Of a DNA stretch of 64,000 nt, positions 11,047 through 21,000 are shown piece after piece. The stretch spans positions 22,298-86,297 of the forward strand of contig CAYHOB010000009.1 of NCBI GenBank assembly GCA_964358165.1. The letters are read 5' to 3'. Both the position numbers and the translations under genes were made by a program. Source of the stretch: an uncultured Aquirufa sp. Lineage in GTDB: Bacteria; Bacteroidota; Bacteroidia; Cytophagales; Spirosomataceae. How positions within the stretch are numbered: the stretch's first letter is position 1; the number at the start of each line of letters is the position of its first letter. The notes beneath the pieces are model-generated. The model was not told the origin of the DNA and made no database searches. It was given only the letters and a program-made list of their open reading frames with translations.

Positions 11047-11640
11047 ATGTCCCTCCCCGATTCTTACCTTTCCGTTTCACAACCTGCTGAGGGACTCTAC
11101 AAAGATAAAGGAAGTAAATTCATCGGATATGTATTTCCTGTGAAAGATATCGAAGATATCAAGGAACAGATAAATTCCTTAAAAGAATTGCATCCGAAGG
11201 CCCGACATATCTGCTACGCTTACCGACTCGGTTTCAGTCCGGAAGATGCCCGCTCCAATGATGACGGGGAACCCTCTGGAAGTGCAGGAAAACCGATATT
11301 AAATACCTTGCTTTCCAATAATGTTCATTTTGTGCTCGTCGCAGTCGTTCGGTATTTTGGAGGAACCCTACTAGGCGTCCCAGGATTAATTCAAGCTTAC
11401 AAGGAGGCAAGTTTAGAAGCCTTTGCCGCTTCTGAAATTATTGAAATCGAACCCATGGATTCGTTGGAAGTCCGTTTCACCTACCCAGAAATGAACGAAG
11501 TCATGAAAGTCATCAAAAAATACTCCATTCAGATTGTCGAACAAGAAGTAAACAATGCATGCTGGTATAAATTGAGTTTTCCGCATCGAATTGCCAAAGA
11601 AGTTCAGGAGGCTTTTGAAAAGGCACTTGCAAATCACTAG
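11047..11640 (+). CDS. yigZ: IMPACT family protein
   Basis: KGSKFIG, ARHICYAY, DDGEPSGSAGKPIL, VVRYFGGTLLG. Confidence 0.92.
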   Translation: MSLPDSYLSVSQPAEGLYKDKGSKFIGYVFPVKDIEDIKEQINSLKELHPKARHICYAYRLGFSPEDARSNDDGEPSGSAGKPILNTLLSNNVHFVLVAVVRYFGGTLLGVPGLIQAYKEASLEAFAASEIIEIEPMDSLEVRFTYPEMNEVMKVIKKYSIQIVEQEVNNACWYKLSFPHRIAKEVQEAFEKALANH

Positions 11641-11660
11641 TTGGCAATCAACAAATTTTA

Positions 11661-11861
11661 TACCCTCAGGTTTTAACCTGAGGGATTTTCATCAAAATCA
11701 GTTAAAGGATTTCAGACATTCAGCTGTCTCCCAAAATGATATAAGCTCAGGTTTTAACTTGAGGGATTTTCATCAAAATCAGTTAAAGGATTTCAGTCGA
11801 TCTACTGATTCCCTAAATGATATAAGCTCAGGTTTTAACCTGAGGGATTTTCATCAAAATC
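11661..11861 (+). repeat. 81-bp-period tandem array of REP-like double hairpins (2.5 units)
   Basis: CTCAGGTTTTAAC(C/T)TGAGGGATTTTCATCAAAATC recurs at 11665, 11746 and 11827. Confidence 0.92.
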
Positions 11862-11887
11862 GTGTAAATTCAGGCATCATGTTGGTT

Positions 11888-11910
11888 CCCTAGGCTGAAG
11901 CCTAGGGTTA
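11888..11910 (-). repeat. REP-like palindrome TAA-CCCTAGGCT-TC-AGCCTAGGG
   Basis: Identical to the core of the 15059-15233 array and nearly identical to 57481-57503. Confidence 0.9.
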
Positions 11911-12193
11911 TTATGCGAGAAATGAAAGGTGGATTAGTCAGCAACATCCATTTAGGTCATTCAGAGGCGATTTAATTCAAATTACCCTCAATTGGCGAAA
12001 AATAATTCAATTTCTACTTCTAGCTTGCCCACAAAAAGGTATGAATACTATTTATTGTTTATTCGCATTCTAACAAATTGCAAGCTTGAATTGTCTGAAA
12101 AATTCAACCATTAAACTGATTATTATTTTCGTTTATCAGTTTTTTATAAGCAATTACTTAAGACAAAATCAAACTTAGGGCAAATGATTTAAT

Positions 12194-12415
12194 ATGCCCA
12201 CAATATTTCGAAAAAATGGATGGAGAGTTTTCTTTTATTCAAATGAAGGAAAAGAACCAATGCATGTACATGCCATAAAAGGAGACGTTGAAGTTAAATA
12301 TTGGATTAGTCAAAAAATGAATATGATTTCCTATGTTAATTCTTTTAATTTGACTCCTACATTAAAACGGGAAATTGAAGAAATATTGATTGATCAATTT
12401 CTACAACTTTCCTGA
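12194..12415 (+). CDS. DUF4160 family protein (putative toxin of a DUF4160/DUF2442 pair), possibly C-terminally shortened
   Basis: MPTIFRKNGWRVFFYSNEGKEPMHVH...KYW. Confidence 0.8.
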   Translation: MPTIFRKNGWRVFFYSNEGKEPMHVHAIKGDVEVKYWISQKMNMISYVNSFNLTPTLKREIEEILIDQFLQLS

Positions 12416-12458
12416 TCAGCAACACATAATTCATTAATTATCAAACAATTAACACACC

Positions 12459-12662
12459 ATGCAAATTCGTCAAATTGACTTTGAAGGAAATTTCTTGATC
12501 ATACAAGGAAAGACAAATCATGTGAAATATGACCTAGGTGAAATTTCACAAAAATTATTAAATGCCTCCCTCGAGGAACGTAATACCTATCAAATCAGTC
12601 CCTCCGGAATAGGGGTACATTGGCCACTTATCGACGAAGACCTTTCCTTTCCAAATTTATAA
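12459..12662 (+). CDS. DUF2442 family protein (putative antitoxin partner)
   Basis: LLNASLEERNTYQISPSGIGVHWPLIDEDLS. Lies directly after the DUF4160 gene. Confidence 0.8.
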   Translation: MQIRQIDFEGNFLIIQGKTNHVKYDLGEISQKLLNASLEERNTYQISPSGIGVHWPLIDEDLSFPNL

Positions 12663-12695
12663 TCCCTCCCCCTTTTCCCTTCGCTCCCGATTCAG

Positions 12696-12703
12696 TAGAT
12701 TTG
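12696..12703 (+). promoter_or_regulatory. Bacteroidota -7 promoter element (TAnnTTTG)
   Basis: TAGATTTG just upstream of the FAH gene. Confidence 0.5.
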
Positions 12704-12717
12704 TTTTAGCATTAATC

Positions 12718-13560
12718 ATGCAAAATAAACCTATGAACTTCTACAAAATTTACCGAACGAATTCGGGCATTCAAATTGAAAATGCAAGCGGTCAATGTAC
12801 TGCCATATTTCATGAATCTTGGGATGATTTCATCAATCAAGAAAATCTATTCTCGATTTGTGAAAAACAGACTTTCAACCATCCTAAACCTGATACCATT
12901 CTAACACCCATCGAATCGCAAGAAATTTGGGCAGCAGGAGTCACCTATTTGCGTAGCAAAGTGGCTCGGATGGAGGAATCCAAAGAATCCGGCGGGGATA
13001 CCTTTTATGACAAGGTGTACGATGCTGAACGGCCCGAAATTTTCTATAAAGGAAATAGCTTACGTGCTGTTGGCCAAAATGGCCTCGTACGCATTCGTCA
13101 AGATTCGGCATGGAATGTGCCTGAACCCGAATTAACCTTGTTTGTCAATAAGAAGAAACAAATCGCCGGATACCTTATCGGAAACGACATGAGCTCCCGT
13201 GACATCGAAGGCGAAAATCCACTTTACTTGCCACAGGCGAAAGTTTATGACGCCTCCGCTGGAATTGGCCCTTGTTTGCTTGTGACTGATAAGCCTTTGG
13301 CACCAGAAACAATCATTTCCATGCGGATTTACCGTGACCAAAAAGAAGTCTTTCAAGGGGATACTCAAATTTCCCAAATGAAACGAAGTCACGAAGAACT
13401 CAAAGACTACTTAACGCGCGAAATGAGCTTTCCACAAGGAGCCTATTTGATGACGGGTACCTGTATCGTTCCCGATCCACCATTTACCTTGCAAGCTCAA
13501 GACGAAATACACATTCAAATCGAACCCATCGGAACACTGATCCAAACTGTACAAGCATGA
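12718..13560 (+). CDS. Fumarylacetoacetate hydrolase family protein (2-keto-3-deoxy-pentonate dehydratase, XylX/KdaD-like)
   Basis: EIWAAGVTYLRSKVARMEES, DKVYDAERPEIFYK, WNVPEPEL, GNDMSSRDIEGENPLYLPQAK. Confidence 0.85.
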   Translation: MQNKPMNFYKIYRTNSGIQIENASGQCTAIFHESWDDFINQENLFSICEKQTFNHPKPDTILTPIESQEIWAAGVTYLRSKVARMEESKESGGDTFYDKVYDAERPEIFYKGNSLRAVGQNGLVRIRQDSAWNVPEPELTLFVNKKKQIAGYLIGNDMSSRDIEGENPLYLPQAKVYDASAGIGPCLLVTDKPLAPETIISMRIYRDQKEVFQGDTQISQMKRSHEELKDYLTREMSFPQGAYLMTGTCIVPDPPFTLQAQDEIHIQIEPIGTLIQTVQA

Positions 13561-15029
13561 ATTTAACAGGAAAACAACTAATCGGATTTAGTACCAAGGC
13601 CGAAGGACATCGGAATTTTCAAGGAATTCAAGCCTCTACGGGTGAAGCGCTCCCTCAAGTCTATACAGAAGCTACGGCTGAAGAAGCTGACGAAGCCTTA
13701 TCCAAAGCCTCCGCTGCCTTCAAAATTTACCGAAAATCGACAGACGCCCAAAGAGCAGCTTTCTTGAACGCCATTGCGGATGAAATTTTGGCAATCGGAG
13801 ACAAACTTATCCAAACGGCTTGTGCCGAATCAGGGCTTCCCGAAGCACGAATTACGGGTGAACGAGGTAGAACCATCGGACAAATTCAAGCTTTCGCGAA
13901 TTTCATCTTGAATCCAAACTGGAAACGTGAAATCGTGGATGAGGCAATGCCGGAACGCCAACCACTTCCTAAGCCACGATTGGTACAAAAACAAATCCCA
14001 CTGGGTCCTACTGTCGTTTTTGGGGCTAGTAACTTTCCATTAGCCTTTTCTGTTGCCGGTGGCGATACGATGTCTGCTTTAGCAGCTGGCTGTCCCGTTG
14101 TTTTTAAAGCACATCCAGCACATCCCAATACGTCGGACCTAGTAGGACAAGCTATTCAAAAAGCCGCCGAAAAAACGAAAATGCCAGATGGCACCTTTTC
14201 GCTTTTACATGCCCATGGACATGAAATTGGGGGATATTTAGTCTCGCATTCCATCACCAAAGCCGTGGCATTTACAGGTTCTTACCGCGGAGGAAAGGCC
14301 TTATTCGACTTAGCGGTTCGACGAGCAAATCCCATCCCAGTCTATGCGGAAATGGGGTCCATCAATCCGGTCTATCTTTTCAGCCATCGAATCAATGCGC
14401 TAGGCGAAACAATGGCGGATGCCTTCAGTCAATCTATTTGCATGGGGGTAGGCCAGTTTTGTACGAATCCTGGGTTGATTGTGATGCTTGAGAAGGATCG
14501 TGAATTTCTGCCGAAATTAGCCGACAAATTAGACCAAAAGGCCTTAGGAACTTTCTTGACCTCAGGAATCAAAAAAGCCTTTGAGCATGGTTGGAATAAT
14601 TTAAATCTCCACACGGGCACAAAACGATTAACAGCATCTGATTTACCATCCCCAAGCTTATTTAGCACGACGGTTCGCGAGGCTTTAGCTTACCCTGAAG
14701 TTTTAGAGGAGGTTTTTGGCCCTTGTACGCTTGCCGTAATTTGTAAGGACTTAGCCGAAATGATTTCATTTACGGAACAACTACCTGGCCAACTCACCGC
14801 AACTATACAAGCGGAACCTAGCGATTTAGCTGATTTGGACGAATTAATCGATGAAGTTTCCCAAAAGGTTGGTCGTATGCTATTGAATGGCTTCCCCACA
14901 GGAGTTGAAGTTTCTCCTGCCATGGTGCATGGCGGGCCTTTCCCCGCAACCACAGATTCTCGCAGCACTTCCGTGGGAACTGAGGCTATTTATCGGTTTA
15001 CCCGACCGGTTTGTTGGCAGAATTTTTAG
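13557..15029 (+). CDS. NADP+-dependent aldehyde dehydrogenase (alpha-ketoglutaric semialdehyde dehydrogenase type)
   Basis: FGASNFPLAFSVAGGDTMSALAAGCP, FTGS, EMGSINP, GQFCTNPG, MVHGGPFPATTD. 4-bp overlap with the FAH gene. Confidence 0.9.
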   Translation: MNLTGKQLIGFSTKAEGHRNFQGIQASTGEALPQVYTEATAEEADEALSKASAAFKIYRKSTDAQRAAFLNAIADEILAIGDKLIQTACAESGLPEARITGERGRTIGQIQAFANFILNPNWKREIVDEAMPERQPLPKPRLVQKQIPLGPTVVFGASNFPLAFSVAGGDTMSALAAGCPVVFKAHPAHPNTSDLVGQAIQKAAEKTKMPDGTFSLLHAHGHEIGGYLVSHSITKAVAFTGSYRGGKALFDLAVRRANPIPVYAEMGSINPVYLFSHRINALGETMADAFSQSICMGVGQFCTNPGLIVMLEKDREFLPKLADKLDQKALGTFLTSGIKKAFEHGWNNLNLHTGTKRLTASDLPSPSLFSTTVREALAYPEVLEEVFGPCTLAVICKDLAEMISFTEQLPGQLTATIQAEPSDLADLDELIDEVSQKVGRMLLNGFPTGVEVSPAMVHGGPFPATTDSRSTSVGTEAIYRFTRPVCWQNF

Positions 15030-15034
15030 ATTCT

Positions 15035-15058
15035 CCCCTAAGTTAAAACCTGGGGTTA
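15035..15058 (-). repeat. REP-like palindrome variant TAACCCCAGGTTTTAACTTAGGGG, back-to-back with the array
   Basis: Same TAA-CCC hairpin family. Joined to the first array unit across TTATAA. Confidence 0.7.
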
Positions 15059-15233
15059 TAACCCTAGGCTTTAGCCTAGGGATTGAGTCTAAGCATCAGA
15101 AAATATATAACCCTAGGCTTCAGCCTAGGGATTGAGTCTAAGCATCAGAAAATATATAACCCTAGGCTTCAGCCTAGGGATTGAGTCTAAGCATCAGAAA
15201 ATATATAACCCTAGGCTTCAGCCTAGGGATTGA
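15059..15233 (+). repeat. 49-bp tandem array of REP-like palindromes (3.5 units)
   Basis: TAACCCTAGGCTT(T/C)AGCCTAGGGATTGAGTCTAAGCATCAGAAAATATA at 15059, 15108, 15157 and 15206. Linkers are identical. Confidence 0.95.
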
Positions 15234-15264
15234 AACAAGGTATCGTGTATCAGAAATAAAAAAA

Positions 15265-15284
15265 CCACAGGCTAATGCCTGTGG
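15265..15284. repeat. Hairpin CCACAGGC-TAAT-GCCTGTGG
   Basis: Perfect 8-bp stem. May be a variant of the same REP family or a terminator. Confidence 0.6.
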
Positions 15285-15309
15285 GAATCGGCGCAAAAAG
15301 CGCCTCAAA

Positions 15310-15338
15310 CTTTGGCAAAGCTTTGAGCTTTGCCAAAG
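15310..15338. repeat. Second REP-like family CTTTGGCAAAGC...GCTTTGCCAAAG
   Basis: 12-bp perfect stem after the clpB stop. Related copy at 61178-61210. Confidence 0.75.
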
Positions 15339-15352
15339 AAAAAGGTTTTATT

Positions 15353-17953
15353 TTAAATCTCTACCTCCACATTCTCAAAGGTCAAATTCCCCTCCTTATC
15401 CACATCCATCAGCACCGCTGAATCCTTTTGAATCTTACCAGATAAAATGGATTTTGATAATTCATTCAATACGACCCGTTGGAGTACCCGTTTCATCGGC
15501 CGACCGCCATACAAGGGATCGAATCCTTCTTTCGCGAGTTTCGCCAAAGCTTCTTCGGTGGCATCAAGCGTGATGTGTTGCTCCGACAAACGGTTCTGAA
15601 TCTCCTTAAATTGGATACTCAATATCTTCCTTGCGTGTTCCTCCGTTAAAGGCTCAAACAACACAATCTCATCTACACGGTTCAAGAACTCAGGGCGCAC
15701 TTGTTGTTTTAACAAAGCCATCACCTCCTCTTTTGCCTCTTCTAATATGATGGCATTATTCCAGCCCTCCATTTGGCCTAACTTCTCTTGAATCAAATGA
15801 CTACCAATATTCGATGTCATGATGATGATCGTATTCTTAAAATTCGCCGTCCGACCTTTATTATCGGTCAATCTGCCTTCATCCAATACTTGCAACAAGA
15901 TATTCCAAACATCCGGATGCGCCTTCTCAATCTCATCCAACAAGACTACAGAATAAGGCTTGCGACGAACGGCCTCCGTCAATTGTCCCCCCTCATCATA
16001 ACCCACATAGCCCGGAGGCGCTCCCACCAAGCGCGATACGGCATGGCGTTCTTGGTACTCCGACATATCGATTCGAACAATGGCATTCTCATCATTAAAT
16101 AAATAAGATGCCAAAGACTTAGCTAATTCGGTCTTACCTACACCTGTCGTTCCAAGGAAAATAAAGGAGCCAATGGGTCTGCGTGGATCTTGCAATCCAG
16201 CACGAGAACGACGCACCGCATCGGAAACCAATTCAATCGCTTGATCTTGACCCGCCACGCGTTTGTGCAATTCATCCTCCAAGTGTAACAACTTCTCGAT
16301 TTCCGTCTGCAACATTTTGCTTACTGGAATACCCGTCCACTTCGCCACAACCTCCGCCACATTTTCCGCGGTTACCTCCTCTTGCAACATGCCATTCTCT
16401 CCTTGAGAATTAGCCTGCATATCCTTTAATTTCTGTTCAGATTCCACCAAACGACCATAGCGAATCTCGGCAACTTTACCATAATCCCCCTGACGCTCGG
16501 CTTGATCCGCCTCTAATTTTAATTTATCAATTTTCTCTTTTTCTGCGCGAATCGAATCTAGTACTCCCTTCTCCGACTGCCATTGTGCCTTCAAGGCATC
16601 CCGCTTTTCAGACAAGTCGGCCAATTCACGATTCAACACCGATTCCTTCTCCTTATTATTTTCTCTGCGAATCGCTTCACGCTCAATCTCCAATGACATA
16701 ATCTTACGTTGGATATCATCAATCGCTTCCGGTACGGAATCAATTTCCAAACGCATTTTGGCTGCCGCCTCATCCATCAAGTCGATCGCCTTATCAGGCA
16801 AGAAACGATCCGAGATATACCGACTTGATAATTCGACCGCTGCGATAACTGCATCATCTTGAATTCGCACCCCGTGGTGCAATTCATACTTGTCTTTGAT
16901 ACCACGGAGGATTGAGATCGCATCAGCTACATCAGGCTCATCTACAATCACCGACTGGAAACGACGCTCCAATGCCTTATCCTTCTCTATGTATTTTTGA
17001 TACTCTTTCAAAGTCGTCGCACCAATCGCATGCAATTCTCCTCGGGCTAAGGCGGGCTTAAGTAAATTCGCCGCATCCATCGCTCCTTCGCCACCGCCAC
17101 CAGCACCAATCAGTGTGTGAATTTCATCGATGAACAAGATTATCTCCCCATCTGAATCCGTCACCTCTTTGATAACTGCCTTTAAACGTTCTTCAAATTC
17201 TCCCTTGTATTTGGCCCCCGCAACCAATAATCCCATATCCAATGACATGACAATTTTTGATTTCAAATTCTCAGGCACATCACCTGACACAATTCGTTGG
17301 GCCAAACCCTCGACAATTGCCGTCTTACCCACACCTGGCTCCCCTAATAAAATGGGGTTGTTTTTGGTCCGTCGGGAAAGGATTTGCAAGACCCGACGAA
17401 TCTCTTCATCGCGTCCAATGACCGGGTCAATTTTACCCGCCTTAGCTAAATCGTTCAAATTCTTACCATACTTTTCCAAAGACTGGTAAGTACTTTCTGC
17501 ATGTGGATCGTTCACTTTTCTATTTCCTCTTAGTTCGATAATTGCTTGTTTAAAATTCTTCGTTGTTAATCCGAGCTTTTTCAGGGCGTCGGCTACGGCA
17601 TCGTTGCCATCCAATAAGGACAGAAACAACAACTCCACGCTAACAAATGTATCACCAAAATCCGCCTTTAATTTATCTGCCCGCTGCAATGCTTGTTGCA
17701 ATGCATTACTTGCATAGGCTTGTTCTCCCGAGACTTTCGGGTAACTGTTTAAAATAGGGCCAAGAACCGTTCGGATTTGATCAGGATTTACGCCCAATTT
17801 CTTTAATAGAAATGAAGCGGTTTGGGTGTCATCTTGTAAAATAGCTTGCAACAAATGCCCCGTATCAATAGCCTGCTGGCCACGCTCCTGGGCAATCTCC
17901 ATCGCTTGCTGAATAATGACACTCGATTGGGATGTGTAGTTATTTGGATTCAT
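15353..17953 (-). CDS. clpB: ATP-dependent chaperone ClpB
   Basis: Two AAA+ modules ([19 protein letters not shown]), coiled-coil M domain, RIDMSEY, 866 aa. Confidence 0.97.
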   Translation of the reverse strand: MNPNNYTSQSSVIIQQAMEIAQERGQQAIDTGHLLQAILQDDTQTASFLLKKLGVNPDQIRTVLGPILNSYPKVSGEQAYASNALQQALQRADKLKADFGDTFVSVELLFLSLLDGNDAVADALKKLGLTTKNFKQAIIELRGNRKVNDPHAESTYQSLEKYGKNLNDLAKAGKIDPVIGRDEEIRRVLQILSRRTKNNPILLGEPGVGKTAIVEGLAQRIVSGDVPENLKSKIVMSLDMGLLVAGAKYKGEFEERLKAVIKEVTDSDGEIILFIDEIHTLIGAGGGGEGAMDAANLLKPALARGELHAIGATTLKEYQKYIEKDKALERRFQSVIVDEPDVADAISILRGIKDKYELHHGVRIQDDAVIAAVELSSRYISDRFLPDKAIDLMDEAAAKMRLEIDSVPEAIDDIQRKIMSLEIEREAIRRENNKEKESVLNRELADLSEKRDALKAQWQSEKGVLDSIRAEKEKIDKLKLEADQAERQGDYGKVAEIRYGRLVESEQKLKDMQANSQGENGMLQEEVTAENVAEVVAKWTGIPVSKMLQTEIEKLLHLEDELHKRVAGQDQAIELVSDAVRRSRAGLQDPRRPIGSFIFLGTTGVGKTELAKSLASYLFNDENAIVRIDMSEYQERHAVSRLVGAPPGYVGYDEGGQLTEAVRRKPYSVVLLDEIEKAHPDVWNILLQVLDEGRLTDNKGRTANFKNTIIIMTSNIGSHLIQEKLGQMEGWNNAIILEEAKEEVMALLKQQVRPEFLNRVDEIVLFEPLTEEHARKILSIQFKEIQNRLSEQHITLDATEEALAKLAKEGFDPLYGGRPMKRVLQRVVLNELSKSILSGKIQKDSAVLMDVDKEGNLTFENVEVEI

Positions 17954-18068
17954 GTGGTTAAAATATTTGCCAAGGGAAGACGCAAATGAATTACCAGAAT
18001 CAATTTTCGGAAATAATGGCGGAAGGGGATGTAGACCAAAGCACTAAAATCAGCCAATATGGCACGTA

Positions 18069-21000
18069 TTAGGCGAATCTGTCTGAAATCTGTTGTTTAT
18101 AAATTGCAAGTGCTTCCTTTAAGGTTTCGATTTCATGTGGGAATTGACTGAACTCACAAGCTTTGGCTTTTAATTCAATTTTTTCACAAATCGTATGCAC
18201 TTGTGCCGCACCTAAGGTTCCAGAATTCCCTTTTAAAGTATGCAATTCCGATTGTACTCCTTTACAATCCTTGTTTACGAAAGCCTTTTCAGCTGAGGCA
18301 ATTTGCTCCTCGGCTTCTGCGATAAACTCGATAAGCATCCCTTCGACGAAGGAAGGATCTCCACCGACTGCATCTGAAAGTGATTTGAGCACCTCTTCAT
18401 CTATGACGTCATTTGATTGATCTTCAACAATACCTTCTGGCGCATGCCCATCGTGTACCCATTTACCAACCATCTGAATGAGTTGTTGAGCACGAATCGG
18501 TTTGGCTAAGTAATCATCCATGCCAACAGCCAAAAAACGTTCCCGATCTTCCTTCATCGCATAAGCGGTCATTGCAACAATTGGCGGTAATCCGAATACC
18601 GATTTCTTCAGATGGCGCGTCGTTTCCATTCCATCCATTTCGGGCATCTGAATGTCCATCAATACCAAATCAAAAGCAGAATCCGCAGATAGGCGATCAA
18701 TTGCCTCTTGGCCACTTGTGGCTGTTTCGACGACACAACCCGCCTTCAATAATATTTGAGAAGCAACTTTTCGGTTCGTCGCGTTATCATCCACTAATAA
18801 TATCCGAGCATGTACGGATTTCAGCGTTCCTGAAATATCGAAGCGATCTGCGTTCAAAATAGCCGACACTTTTGTCTCATCACCGATGGCTAAGTGGACT
18901 GTAAACCAAAAAGTACTTCCTTTCCCTTCCTCAGATTCTACTCCAATCTCACCCTCCATCATCTTACAGAACTCTCTAGATATCGCTAATCCCAAGCCCG
19001 TTCCACCATAATTTTTGGAGGTAGAATTGTCTAATTGCTGGAATGCCGAGAACAATTTCTTTAAATTTTCTGGGCTAATCCCAATTCCTGAATCCGTTAC
19101 ACGAACCAGCAAATCGACATGCGTTTCCGATTTTTTCGCTGTGGAAACTGAAATCGTCACAGATCCATTTTCCGTAAACTTCAGTGCATTCGAAGTTAAA
19201 TTAGACAGAATTTGTAACAAACGTGTTTCGTCGGCAACAACAAATTTCGGAACATCGGGATCGATTGAATAGGTTACCTTATTCCCTTTTTGATGTGCAA
19301 TGGGCGTAAACAAGGCCATTAAACGATCTAATAAATCTTCAAATACTAAATCGGCCGGATGTAAAACCATTTTACCTGCCTCAATTTTGGCTAAATCTAA
19401 GATATCATTCAGGATGTGAAGAAGTGTTTCAGATGACTTGCGGATGGTTTGCAAATAATCTTTTTGTTCTTCGTTCAGTGGGGAATCACACAATAAATCC
19501 ACCATTCCAATCACCCCGTTCATTGGCGTTCGTATCTCATGGGACATATTTGCCAAAAACTGCTCCTTCACTTTCAGCGAATGTTCTGCCTGCTCACGTG
19601 CTTCCACTAATTCTGTTTGGTATTTCTTTAAATCCGTAATATCGCGTGCGATGCCGGAAACTTCGGCAATATTTCCTCCCGAAAGAATTGGGTTAAGGTA
19701 AATTTCCAACCACTTTTGTTCCCCCTGTTTGGTGGCAAGTTCCAATTCAAAATGCTGCTTTTGCCCACGGAATGCCATTTTATATTTGTCTTCCAAGGGT
19801 CTTCTTTCATTCGGGGCCACTAGCTGAAATCCCATACTTTCCGTACTGAAATTAAGCTGGGGCTTTATCTGCAATTGCTGTTCAAGCAATTCTGCGTATT
19901 CGTGATTAAAACTGGTCAGCATCAGTCGTTTGTTGACCGACCACATCAAGTGTGAGCTTCCCTCAAAGATCGCATTCAACCGAGCCGTTTCATGTGCCAA
20001 AGCCTCTTCTGCCTGCTTTCGAGCAATCGCAACTGCAACTTGGCTTGAGATAAAGTCCAATAATTCTAGATCTCGATTCTCGTATTTATTGACACGCTCA
20101 TACGATTTTACTCCAATAATTCCTGTAACGCGATCACCTATACGCAGGGGTACACATAGCATCACTTTGGGTACAACGCCATAGAGGTAGATTTTCTTTT
20201 CTTTAGCTAATTGTTGAATATCATCATCATGCAAAATCAAAGGCTTATTCGCCATGATGGCATATTCCGTTAATCCATTCCCTAGTTTACGTTTGGTAAA
20301 ATGTACGCGCGAGTCAAAATATTCATCGATGTAATAAGGAAAATAAAGGTAACTCTTACCCGGATCATACTGGGCGATGAAGAAATTCTTGACATCAATT
20401 ACCTCACCCAATTGCTTGTGAATATTCACATACAAATCATCCAGATTGGTCGAATTAATCGCAACCTGGGCAATGGATGAGAATAATTTATTGGCCCGTT
20501 CTGCGCGAACTTTCGCGGTTGAGTTATGCAAAATACAACGATAGGCCGTAGGTGTCCCCCGTTCAAAGCGGCAGGTTGCAGATCCCGTTACATAGAGTCG
20601 GCGACCATCTTTTCTTCTAAATACAGCCGTAAATTCGGGTAACTCTTCTCCTTTACTCAATAAATCGAATTGTGCTTCTGTTATATGAGCAAATTCTGGA
20701 TGGAGAACATCTTGCATGCGCAGATCACGGGCCTCTTCTTCCGAATAACCCATCGTTTCTAACCAGGCCTTGTTAACAAACAGAAAGCGGCCAGAAATAC
20801 CAGTGATTTGAATTAAATCCGTTGTATTATTAATCAGGTCCTGCAATTGCGCATTTGACCGACTTAAAGCCTCAGAAACTTTTTTGCGTTCGGTAATATC
20901 TTCACCAATGATGCTTAAATAAGTTGCTTGATCTGCTTCTTGAACGATGGTAGAGGCAACCTCCACCCATTTCATAGAACCTTTTTTGGTGATGTAATTA

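Noticed and set aside
11661-11861. CRISPR array
   Set aside because: The constant part (about 63 bp) is too long, the variable part (18 nt) is too short, the two inserts are related to each other, and there are no cas genes.
11591-11893. 100-aa ORF with a repeated SGFNLRDFHQNQ motif
   Set aside because: Read-through of the 81-bp DNA repeat (a multiple of 3); it overlaps the yigZ end and has no independent coding signal.
15059-15233. CRISPR array
   Set aside because: Repeats are palindromic, but the linkers are identical rather than unique spacers, the same palindrome occurs singly elsewhere, and there are no cas genes in the window.
15181-15573. 130-aa ORF, and 14887..15135
   Set aside because: Made of REP array sequence and sequence antisense to clpB or overlapping the ALDH gene.
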